From a virus (lineage: Duplodnaviria; Caudoviricetes), in IMG/VR virus record IMGVR_UViG_3300037467_001092, positions 1 to 53,880 of that record: DNA of 53,880 nt. One strand, given 5' to 3'. Of this stretch, positions 44,281 through 52,324 are shown one piece after another. The notes under the pieces were generated by a model. The model did not search any database. It was not told where the DNA came from and saw nothing but the letters and a program-made list of their open reading frames with translations. Both the position numbers and the translations under genes were made by a program. Position 1 is the stretch's first letter, and the number at the start of each line of letters is the position of its first letter.

Positions 44281-45649
44281 CCGGATCGGAGATCAGGAAC
44301 TTGAGCCAGTAGCCGCGCGGAGCTCTTGCGGTCCCCAGCGACGCCCAGCGGGGCTGCTTGGCATAGTCGCCCGTCGCCCCCAGGCCCCGCTCCCGCGCAT
44401 CGCCGTAGGTCTTCGTCCCGTCCGACGAGATCTGCAGGACCACCTTCGGGTCACTGCCCTGCCCCGCCCGAGGCGAGCCCCCGACCTCGCAGTGCAGCTC
44501 CACGTTGGCGACAGGAATGCTGCGCTCCTTCGTCTCGATGACGGCGCAGAACTCCATGGCGAAGGTCGCGCCGGCGTCGCTCAGAAGGTCGGGGTCGAGC
44601 CGGTAGATCTGATTGCTCAGAGCGTCGCGCGCCAGCACCGCCCCGGCCTGGTTGCAGAACAGGTCCGCGCGCCAGTAGCTCAGCGTCGCGCTGGTGGCCG
44701 TGGTCCAGCGCTTGGAACTCAGGTCGTAGAGCCAGGTCGAGCCTGCCCCCAGCGTCAGGACGTAGACCGGATGTTGGTCCTTGATGAAGAACGAGGCGCG
44801 CACGTCCGCCGCAGCCGTTCGGCGAACCTGTTCGGCCAGTCCGCTATCGGAGATGACAGACGGCTCCCCGCCTGCCGTCATGCGAACCGAACCGTCCGCG
44901 TCCACGAAGATCAGCGTTCCGCGGCAGTTGACCGCGGCGAACAGGGACAAGCACCCCACGTCGAACTTAAGCCCGCCCACAGGCTCCAGAGGTGATGTGG
45001 CGTCTCCAGTGACGCGCCAGCCCTCAAGCGTGCTCTCGCCGAGAAGCCAGATGATCTCGCCGACGACGCGGGCGCCCTTCAGCTTGTCCGGCGCATACTC
45101 GGCCGAGGCGAATTGCAGGGCGTTCCACGTCGAACCGGCGGGCTCGATGTAATAGGCAGCGTCGGTCCCCGCTTCCGTCGCCACCCAGTAGCCCGAGATA
45201 TGCTGGACGGAGGTCGCCCCGGCATTCCCACTGTCGGGGAAGGTCTCTTGAACAACGGTGTTTGTGACGCCCTCCACGAGATAGAGGGCGTTTCCGGTGG
45301 CGATACGGGCGACACTGTTGAGATCGGCGTCTAGCGCCGCGTCGATGTCCACCAAATCGTCGCCGGCCACGGTCCCGGAGAGCGCCGTAACGGAACCGGT
45401 CGTGCTCACGCGGTAAAGGGTCGTCGAGGCCAGGATCAGGGCGTCGTCGTCGAACAGCCCTTGCTTCTGGAACACGCAGCGGATGGGCGCCGTGCCCACG
45501 GTCTTGTAGGCCTCGAGGCCGAAGCGGGCGATGAGCGCGATAGGCTCGGAACCGCTCGTCGGGTCGGTCTCCACCAGCACGTTGCGAGCGATGGCCTCGG
45601 GGAACCCCGTGCGCTTGGAGGCGGCGAAGACCAGGGACGCGGACGGCAC
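44240..45649 (-). CDS. Tail hub / DNA stabilization protein (P22 gp10-like)
   Basis: FASAEYAPD, IWLLGESTLEGW, TWLYDL, SSDGTKTYG..GATGDY, GTG start 45649. Confidence 0.8.
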   Translation of the reverse strand: MPSASLVFAASKRTGFPEAIARNVLVETDPTSGSEPIALIARFGLEAYKTVGTAPIRCVFQKQGLFDDDALILASTTLYRVSTTGSVTALSGTVAGDDLVDIDAALDADLNSVARIATGNALYLVEGVTNTVVQETFPDSGNAGATSVQHISGYWVATEAGTDAAYYIEPAGSTWNALQFASAEYAPDKLKGARVVGEIIWLLGESTLEGWRVTGDATSPLEPVGGLKFDVGCLSLFAAVNCRGTLIFVDADGSVRMTAGGEPSVISDSGLAEQVRRTAAADVRASFFIKDQHPVYVLTLGAGSTWLYDLSSKRWTTATSATLSYWRADLFCNQAGAVLARDALSNQIYRLDPDLLSDAGATFAMEFCAVIETKERSIPVANVELHCEVGGSPRAGQGSDPKVVLQISSDGTKTYGDARERGLGATGDYAKQPRWASLGTARAPRGYWLKFLISDPVVRRVSGVAFNVP

Positions 45650-45858
45650 TAGATCAAGCCCTCTTCCCGCGCGTGCTCGATGCAGTGGTTCTTGCTGAAC
45701 AGCAGGGTATCGATCAGGCTCGCGACGACGGACGCCCACACCCGCCCGCGATAGGACAGCGCCCCAACTCTGGCCGAGAACGAGTAGCGGGGATTGCCGC
45801 CGGTCAGGGCGTTGAGGAGGTGCGAGAAGCCGGAAACGACTGTCTTGAGGTAGTTCAA
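45649..45858 (-). CDS. Conserved small phage protein
   Basis: LNALTGGNP..SFSARVG...IDTLLF..NHC. Confidence 0.6.
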   Translation of the reverse strand: MNYLKTVVSGFSHLLNALTGGNPRYSFSARVGALSYRGRVWASVVASLIDTLLFSKNHCIEHAREEGLI

Positions 45859-46274
45859 GGCCAGCCCTCCTCTAGGTCGATGTTCAGCAGGGCGTCACGG
45901 GTCTCGACGGAGCGAGCCAGATCCTTCAGCCGCCACCAGTTGCGCTGGGCGAGATCGGCTTGCGTCAGCAGCGCCGCCATGCGCGCCAGGGCGTCGTTGG
46001 GGCTGATCTGGTACATGCGGTTGGAGGTGCAGCGGATCAGCGTTCCCGCCTCCACCACATCCCCGTAGCCGAGGGCGATCTTCAGTTGGCAATCCACCAC
46101 CAGGCCGAGCCAGTTGGTGCGATCCAGCACGTTGAGGCACTGGAGGCGTTCAGGCTCGGGTTGGTCTGGAAGGTCGGCGGTCAGGAAGCCTTGCGCCAAG
46201 TGCGACTGATAGCGGGCGTCTATCCGCTCCAGCAGCCTGTCGCGGAGCGGCGAGGCCGGAGCGAGCGGGCGCAC
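45855..46274 (-). CDS. DUF4376-like tail-associated protein
   Basis: DRTNWLGL, WRLKD, IDLEEGWP C-terminus. Confidence 0.55.
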   Translation of the reverse strand: MRPLAPASPLRDRLLERIDARYQSHLAQGFLTADLPDQPEPERLQCLNVLDRTNWLGLVVDCQLKIALGYGDVVEAGTLIRCTSNRMYQISPNDALARMAALLTQADLAQRNWWRLKDLARSVETRDALLNIDLEEGWP

Positions 46275-46519
46275 TAGTAGAGGGCGACGATATCGGTTGC
46301 GGTCGTCCCGGTGGACATGACCTTCGTCACCTGAACCGGAAGGATGCCCACCGGGACGGCCTTGAGGGTCACCGCAGCGGTATCCCCGGCGAAGATAACC
46401 GCCACATCACCGGTCACGCCCACGTAGAGCGCCCTCGTCTGCGGCAGGATGGTGGCATCACTCTTGGTTACGGCCGCTCCTCGATAGGCGGGGGCCGTGT
46501 CTGTACTGCGTCCAGCCAT
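46274..46519 (-). CDS. Head spike base protein (RcGTA Rcc01079-like)
   Basis: AVTKSD...TRALYVGVTGDVAV...GILPVQVTKVMSTGTTATDIVALY. Confidence 0.8.
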   Translation of the reverse strand: MAGRSTDTAPAYRGAAVTKSDATILPQTRALYVGVTGDVAVIFAGDTAAVTLKAVPVGILPVQVTKVMSTGTTATDIVALY

Positions 46520-46528
46520 GGGGCGCTC

Positions 46529-47230
46529 CTAGCAGTCGGGTTGGAAGAAGACCGACGCGGACTCTTCGTCGTAGGAGGAGAGCTGCGCATAGAGCTGCGC
46601 GGCCCTCTCTTCGATCTTCTGAGCCTTGGCCGGATTGATGAGATGGAGGTCGTAGGGAAGCGCCAGACGGGCCGCGAGGCCGTACTGGATCACCTCGACC
46701 CACTCCTGCGGAACGTCGAAATCATCGTCCAGCGCGTCGAGATCCTCGATCACGCGGAGGTAGGTGTAAGGGATGGTGGTGGAAGCGGCGATTGTCGCGT
46801 CTGGAACCGGCCAGACGTAGAGGATGCGCGCAGCCCGTTGGGGGTCGAAGTAGACTTCCAGCGGGGCGCCCGTGGAGAACTTGTTGGCGCGGTCGAGGTA
46901 CTCCTGACGGCCGATCACCGCGATTGGCGTATCGTTGGTCGCTGTTCCGGTTCCGGTCCTGCGACGCGCGGACATCACCTTTCGGGCCGCGGATAGGGTA
47001 TAGGAAGCAGTCGAGGCGATCAGGGTGACTGTGCCCTCCGTCTCCAGCCACAGCTTCGGATCTGGGTCCGCGCTCCAGGTCTTCACCATGAGGTTGGCTG
47101 CCTTCAGCGCGGCGCTCATGTCCGCGGCTTCCGGCGTATCGCCCCGAGCAATGGCCCCCACCATGACAAGAGCCTCGGTGGCGGCCTCGCGGAGCGTCTG
47201 GCTGAAGTTCGTGGAGCCTGACGTCGCCAT
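46529..47230 (-). CDS. Head-tail adaptor, copy 2
   Basis: Ends identical to 47-745, middle diverged. Confidence 0.75.
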   Translation of the reverse strand: MATSGSTNFSQTLREAATEALVMVGAIARGDTPEAADMSAALKAANLMVKTWSADPDPKLWLETEGTVTLIASTASYTLSAARKVMSARRRTGTGTATNDTPIAVIGRQEYLDRANKFSTGAPLEVYFDPQRAARILYVWPVPDATIAASTTIPYTYLRVIEDLDALDDDFDVPQEWVEVIQYGLAARLALPYDLHLINPAKAQKIEERAAQLYAQLSSYDEESASVFFQPDC

Positions 47231-47488
47231 TTAGAGATCCGCCGGAGTTACGTCGGAGGGGTCACGGAACGTCCAGGTGGGTTCAGGACGCGCCCACGGG
47301 ACGCGCCCCTCCTCCATTACACGCGGGCTTTGGCCCTCTTGCGGATGGCGCTGGGTCTCCTCGCCGACGAAGCGGCGGTTGACCCGATAGCCATTCCACG
47401 TCTTCACCGTCTCGGAGGCCCAGCAGGTCATGCCGCTGAAGTCACAGACAACCTTCCAATCCCCGGGACGCTGTCCGCTCGTGCTCAT
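47231..47488 (-). CDS. Conserved small protein, copy 2
   Basis: MSTSGQRPGDWKVVCDFSG...RHPQE. Confidence 0.75.
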   Translation of the reverse strand: MSTSGQRPGDWKVVCDFSGMTCWASETVKTWNGYRVNRRFVGEETQRHPQEGQSPRVMEEGRVPWARPEPTWTFRDPSDVTPADL

Positions 47489-48456
47489 TAGGAATCGGCC
47501 GCCGGCAGGACGTAGCCCGTGGCGCCGGCCACGCCGCTCTCGCGGTTTTCGAAGAAGCCGAAGCCCGAGGACGCGGTGACCAGCACTTCGCCAGCCGTGT
47601 CGGCGGTCTGGACGTAGTTGCGGGCGATAATGCCGCTGTTGGTCGAGCCGTCCGTGGTGATCAGGGCGCCGCCGGTCGCCGTGTCGGTGTTCAGGCGGTA
47701 GAGGCGATTTTCCTCCATGCGGAGTGAGGTCACCACCTTGCCGGTCGCAATCGCCATGACGCTGGCGACGTTGTTGTTCACGCCGAGGTTCAGGTAGTTG
47801 TTGGTGAACGTGATATCCGCGTTCGTGCCGTCCATCTTGATGAAGCCGAGCGTCGCCAGGTCGGGCTCCACCCACTTGCATCCGTCGATATAGAGACCGT
47901 CTGCGTCGTTCGAGGTGGCGTTGGTGTCCACGACGTTCAGGAAGTTCATGTTCGTGGCCGTGGCCTTGATGGAACAGGCCTCCAGCGTGAAGAACTTCGC
48001 CGCGGTCAGCGTGAAGACGCTCACGATGTCGGCGAAGTTGGCCGTGAAGATGATGTTGCGGAACGCGACGTTGGCCGCGGAAACGGTGATGGTCGCAGTC
48101 GCCGCCGTGTCCAGGGTGATGGTGGGTCGCGATGTGCCCACGCCAAGGCCGATGATCGCCACGCCGGCCACGTCGGCAGCAATGCCGCCCGCCGCAGAGA
48201 CGGTCTCAGCATGGCCCGGCTTAACGAGGATGATGTCGCCGCGTCCCGCCACGCACTGGCCGATGGCGTAGTCGATGGTCGAGAACGGGCTGTTGAACGT
48301 GCCCCGGTTGCCGTCAGAGCCGCCGCGCTGGCCCTCGAGCAAGGTGGTAGCGTTGGACACCCAGAACACCTTGCCCGGATGGGTTTGGGTGATCGGGAGG
48401 CCGCGAATGGTCACCCCATTCGGAAAGCCGTTGGGGAAGGAGGATTGCAGAGCCAT
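47488..48456 (-). CDS. Beta-helix virion protein, copy 2
   Basis: Near-identical to 1012-1980. Confidence 0.65.
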   Translation of the reverse strand: MALQSSFPNGFPNGVTIRGLPITQTHPGKVFWVSNATTLLEGQRGGSDGNRGTFNSPFSTIDYAIGQCVAGRGDIILVKPGHAETVSAAGGIAADVAGVAIIGLGVGTSRPTITLDTAATATITVSAANVAFRNIIFTANFADIVSVFTLTAAKFFTLEACSIKATATNMNFLNVVDTNATSNDADGLYIDGCKWVEPDLATLGFIKMDGTNADITFTNNYLNLGVNNNVASVMAIATGKVVTSLRMEENRLYRLNTDTATGGALITTDGSTNSGIIARNYVQTADTAGEVLVTASSGFGFFENRESGVAGATGYVLPAADS

Positions 48457-48512
48457 GATGGGTCCTTCTCTGAACCGCGGTGCGGTCAGGGTCTGAAAGC
48501 TTCAGAGTTCGG

Positions 48513-48547
48513 GAAAAGGGAGGCCCGCCCCACGATGGAGGCGGGCC
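48513..48547 (-). terminator. Terminator after capsid gene, copy 2
   Basis: Same stem as 2037-2071 with a loop substitution. Confidence 0.65.
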
Positions 48548-48559
48548 GGTAGCGAAGGC

Positions 48560-49471
48560 TTAGGCGCCGCCGCCGTTCGAGTAGACGCCGCGGAAATCAA
48601 CCCAGTTGGTCGAATACCGCTCGTAGACGCTGTACTTCAGGTTCTTCGTGTCGAAGTCGTTGTCTTCGTCGAAGATGGCCTCTTCACGTTGGAAGAAGAC
48701 CGGACCCTGTTCGGCGTCCGTCCGGACGAAGAACGCGTCGTCGTCGTCGAAGTAGTGGCTGACCTTGGCGCCATCCTGGAACAGCCCCATCGAACGCAGG
48801 GCGTTTATGGCGTTGTTCGCGGTGTCGTTCTGGCCGAGCGACTTCAGCACGCGCGCAGCCTCGAACATGAGACTGGTCGGGATGTGAAGGCTCTTCGGTT
48901 GCAGCGCCGCCGGCAGACCCACATCGTCCTTCGCGTTGGCGATCTGGATGCAGATGTCCTCCAGGGAGGCTTCCGAGAAGTCCGCCGCCGTGGTCAGTCG
49001 GTTGGACTGCGAGCCGCCCGCGCTGGTCGGGTGGTCGGTGGCGCACATCACCTTGCCGTCAGCGCCCAGGTAGGAGCTGTTGTGGGCGCGGTTGTACTGG
49101 TTGGCCGCGACGGTCTCCTTGGTGACGCGCGCAGCCTTCTTCAGCATGGTCGCGCCCTTCAGGGCCTTGGCCTTGTACTGGTTGTCGCGGATCGCCTCAA
49201 AGGTGATCATGAACCCCGAGCTGTACGCGGTGTGCGTCGTGCGCGTGGTCAGGCCTTGCGAGGTGTTCTGATAGATGGTCGGATTGCCCTCGGTCTTCAC
49301 CGAAAGCAGCCCAAGACCAGGCATCAGCTGATCTTCCTCGTACTGCTTGTCCGAGGACACCACCTCGAACAGGTCGCGATATTCGAAGGGGTGGTCCTTG
49401 TAGGTACCCCAGATGACCCGCAGGCCAGGCTTCAGGAGCTTGGCAGCGTTGCCGGTTGAAAATGCGGACAT
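48560..49471 (-). CDS. Major capsid protein, copy 2
   Basis: Homologous to 2084-2992 with many substitutions. Confidence 0.88.
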   Translation of the reverse strand: MSAFSTGNAAKLLKPGLRVIWGTYKDHPFEYRDLFEVVSSDKQYEEDQLMPGLGLLSVKTEGNPTIYQNTSQGLTTRTTHTAYSSGFMITFEAIRDNQYKAKALKGATMLKKAARVTKETVAANQYNRAHNSSYLGADGKVMCATDHPTSAGGSQSNRLTTAADFSEASLEDICIQIANAKDDVGLPAALQPKSLHIPTSLMFEAARVLKSLGQNDTANNAINALRSMGLFQDGAKVSHYFDDDDAFFVRTDAEQGPVFFQREEAIFDEDNDFDTKNLKYSVYERYSTNWVDFRGVYSNGGGA

Positions 49472-49483
49472 GTGCTTTGCTCC

Positions 49484-50065
49484 CTACACGCCGATGAGTT
49501 GGTCGACGAGGCGGTGACGGTTGATCCGCACGAGCCAGCGATTGGCGAGGCCAATGGACAGGTTCGGGCGATTGATCGGCGCCACGATCTTGCAGACCAG
49601 CGTGTTCGTGGTCGCCTCGGTCGTGTTGTCGAGAACCGTACCGGAGAGCCCCGTGGTGGTGCTGCCCGCGACGACCGAGAGCGACACGTTCATGCCGACG
49701 TCGTTCAGGGTGAACGGGGTCCCGGAGTTGCCCTCCTGAACCTCGTACAGCATGTTGGGGTCAGTGCAGACCAGCAGGCGGCGGAGCGTCGAGGCTGCGC
49801 GATAGGGAAGCGAGGCTTCCGTGTCCGCCAGCACCGCAACCACGACGCCGTCAATGATGTCGGTCGTCGCGGCGATCACGCAGTCGGGGTACATGACCCC
49901 GTTGACGGTCTGCCCAGTGCCGTTGCCGGTCTTGGTGACAGCGTCGCCAACATAGATGGCGGTACCATCGCCCGCCGGGGTCGTGAAGACCTCCAGAGAG
50001 CCGGAGTGGTAGCCGCCAACGGTGCGCACGGGCCGAAGCCCGAACGGAGCGTTTGCATTTGCCAT
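49484..50065 (-). CDS. Capsid decoration protein, copy 2
   Basis: Diverged homologue of 2996-3580. Confidence 0.6.
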   Translation of the reverse strand: MANANAPFGLRPVRTVGGYHSGSLEVFTTPAGDGTAIYVGDAVTKTGNGTGQTVNGVMYPDCVIAATTDIIDGVVVAVLADTEASLPYRAASTLRRLLVCTDPNMLYEVQEGNSGTPFTLNDVGMNVSLSVVAGSTTTGLSGTVLDNTTEATTNTLVCKIVAPINRPNLSIGLANRWLVRINRHRLVDQLIGV

Positions 50066-50083
50066 GATGAAGATCCTTGGGCC

Positions 50084-50527
50084 TTAGCCCGAGTGTTCGA
50101 TGGTGCTCTTGACCGCGGGCGCGTACTGGTTTTCCAGTTGGCCGGTCGGGTCGGCAGAGCGACGGATGACGTCTTCCACGGCTTTGCGGGCTTCTTCGCG
50201 ATCCGCGACGCCGTAGTTGAACTCGTGTTCCGGGGTCTCCATCAGCACCGCGTGCATGGGAGCCCCCTCCTCGGTCCGCCCCGCATGGCGGGTGATCCGC
50301 GTCCCCTGGCTGTCCGTGCGAGCCTTTCCTTCACCGGCTCGGTCGTTGACCATGGTGTAGCCCAGCGCCTCCATCTTCATGAGACGGTTGGGATCGCCGT
50401 TGACGAAGCGGCGGACGTAGCCGGGCCGCTGTTCGGCCTCCAGCTTCAGCGAAAAGCCTCCGACAGAGGTGCGGGGACGACGACGGGCGGGCGGAACGGC
50501 TTCAGTTGCCTTGGCGACGTCGTTCAT
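50084..50527 (-). CDS. Conserved head-module protein, copy 2
   Basis: MNDVAKAT start, homologue of 3599-4039. Confidence 0.75.
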   Translation of the reverse strand: MNDVAKATEAVPPARRRPRTSVGGFSLKLEAEQRPGYVRRFVNGDPNRLMKMEALGYTMVNDRAGEGKARTDSQGTRITRHAGRTEEGAPMHAVLMETPEHEFNYGVADREEARKAVEDVIRRSADPTGQLENQYAPAVKSTIEHSG

Positions 50528-51390
50528 CAGCGCTTCTCCTCTGCGAAATACTCTTTCGCGTAGTTTTCCTTGGTGATCGACTTCGACTGCTTCATCAGGT
50601 CCAGGCACATGTCCTGGTGCTCCCGCGGCATGTCGGAGAACGATTTCCCGCCCTGGCGGCGGATGACGGTGCCAGACCCCTCGACGGCGCCAGGAAGGCG
50701 GCGGTTGGGGTTTTCCGGCTTGGCGAACAGGCCGGGGAATTTCTCGCGCATCCGGCGATCAACTTCGGCGATCTGCGCCTTCCCGGTATAGCCCTCCTCG
50801 AACACCTTCTTGCCGATGGCGTCACAGGCGGCGGAATGGGCCTCATCGGTCCCGTACCAGGGGTTGGCCTCTCGCCAGGCGGTGAACTCGGACGGCTCCT
50901 CGGGAAGGTCTGCAACCTCTTCGCGGACCTCCTTTTCGAGCGCAACGATGTCCTTGGTGACGGACTTGACGTTCTCGACGTCGCCGGCCTCGGCGTACTG
51001 CGCCAACTCGGCCTGCAACTCGCGGGAGCGCTGTTCGTAACCGTCCTGACGGGCCTTGCTAATGTGCTTGATCGAAGCGTTGACGGCCTTCTTGAGGCCC
51101 TTGATCTCGTCTCGCGCATCCTCCAGCGACTTGCGCATGGAGGGCAGCACTTCGCCGGCCGCTTTCAGGATGAAGTCGGGCGCATCGATCCAGTCGGCCG
51201 GATCGCCCTTCCATTCGTCCTTGCCGGCCCAGCCGATCTTAGACGCCGTCGCCTCGATCTGAGACTTTGGGGCGGGTTCGGCGGGGGCCTCAGCTTTGGG
51301 CTCGGGCTTTTCCTGCGCTGCCGGAGCTTCCTCGGCGGCGATGGCGGCCTCGGCCTCTGCGATGAGGGATTCGTCGGTGGCGTCGCTCAT
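50527..51390 (-). CDS. Scaffolding protein, copy 2
   Basis: Strongly diverged homologue of 4036-4860. Confidence 0.75.
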   Translation of the reverse strand: MSDATDESLIAEAEAAIAAEEAPAAQEKPEPKAEAPAEPAPKSQIEATASKIGWAGKDEWKGDPADWIDAPDFILKAAGEVLPSMRKSLEDARDEIKGLKKAVNASIKHISKARQDGYEQRSRELQAELAQYAEAGDVENVKSVTKDIVALEKEVREEVADLPEEPSEFTAWREANPWYGTDEAHSAACDAIGKKVFEEGYTGKAQIAEVDRRMREKFPGLFAKPENPNRRLPGAVEGSGTVIRRQGGKSFSDMPREHQDMCLDLMKQSKSITKENYAKEYFAEEKR

Positions 51391-51707
51391 TGGGCTTCCT
51401 CGATGACGGCCAACAGGTCCTTGTCGTTCATGACGACGTAGTCCTGTCCGTCAGCGCCCTTTTCGCGGGCGCCGCTGTACTGGGCGAACAGCACGTGGTC
51501 GCCGGGCTTCGGCTTCCGCGCGGCGTCACCCCATTCCGAGAAGGCGTTCTCGCCTGCCGCAATGAAACGCGCCTTGGTCGCTGCGTACTTGGCCTTGTCT
51601 CTGACCGCCTCGGGCTTGATGATCCCGCCCGCAGTCCGCTCCTCCTCCACATCCGGCTTCACGAGGATGCGCAGGTCCACCGGCACTAGGCCGCTGGTGT
51701 TTTCCAT
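51387..51707 (-). CDS. groES: GroES-like co-chaperonin, copy 2
   Basis: LVPVDLRILVKP, TAGGII, KPGDHVLFAQYSG. Confidence 0.9.
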   Translation of the reverse strand: MENTSGLVPVDLRILVKPDVEEERTAGGIIKPEAVRDKAKYAATKARFIAAGENAFSEWGDAARKPKPGDHVLFAQYSGAREKGADGQDYVVMNDKDLLAVIEEAQ

Positions 51708-51790
51708 GGGTGCTCTTCGGCTGGTGCTGAGCCCGGTTTCTGGCGGGCTATCTGCTTCTACTGCGAAGCGGATTCTGGTATGCTGGCGCT

Positions 51791-52060
51791 GTGTCTGAGC
51801 AGCCTGATATTGACCGCATTGCTCGCCTTGTCTGGGAGCGGCAACGCGACGTTCACTTGGATCGGGGCGTCATCTTGTCCCGATGGGAAGACGAGGCCGA
51901 AGAGCTGCGCGAAGACTGGCGCAATATCGTCCGGTGGGTTCACGACGCCTCGGTCCCGAGCGCCGCCTTCATTCCCGCAAATCTTGCTTACCTTCTAGAG
52001 GAGCGCCGCAACCTCAAGCCCGGCGAGTGGCAGGTCGTGCCCCGCGGGTCGCTCGGATAG
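51791..52060 (+). CDS. Antisense moron gene present only in copy 2
   Basis: Occupies the insertion between groES and the 86-aa gene. Confidence 0.6.
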   Translation: MSEQPDIDRIARLVWERQRDVHLDRGVILSRWEDEAEELREDWRNIVRWVHDASVPSAAFIPANLAYLLEERRNLKPGEWQVVPRGSLG

Positions 52061-52063
52061 GCG

Positions 52064-52324
52064 CTACTGCGCGCCGGATTCCGTCTCTTCGTCGGCCTCG
52101 GCCGGGATCTCGTAGAAGTCTCTAACCGTCGACCATTCCAGGGTCGAAAGCTCCAGCATCAGGAGCGATTTCACCTGGCTGTTCGGCGACATCGAGACCC
52201 CCCGGCCCCAGTCCGCCATCATCTGCTGGCGCTGGTCCTCCAGAAATTGGAGGAACGGGGCCGTCGCCCGGCTGTCCCTCCATTCCTGGAAGCTCTTGCG
52301 GTTGAACCGGGGGCTTTCCGCCAT
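52064..52324 (-). CDS. 86-aa protein, copy 2
   Basis: Near-identical to 5229-5489. Confidence 0.7.
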   Translation of the reverse strand: MAESPRFNRKSFQEWRDSRATAPFLQFLEDQRQQMMADWGRGVSMSPNSQVKSLLMLELSTLEWSTVRDFYEIPAEADEETESGAQ

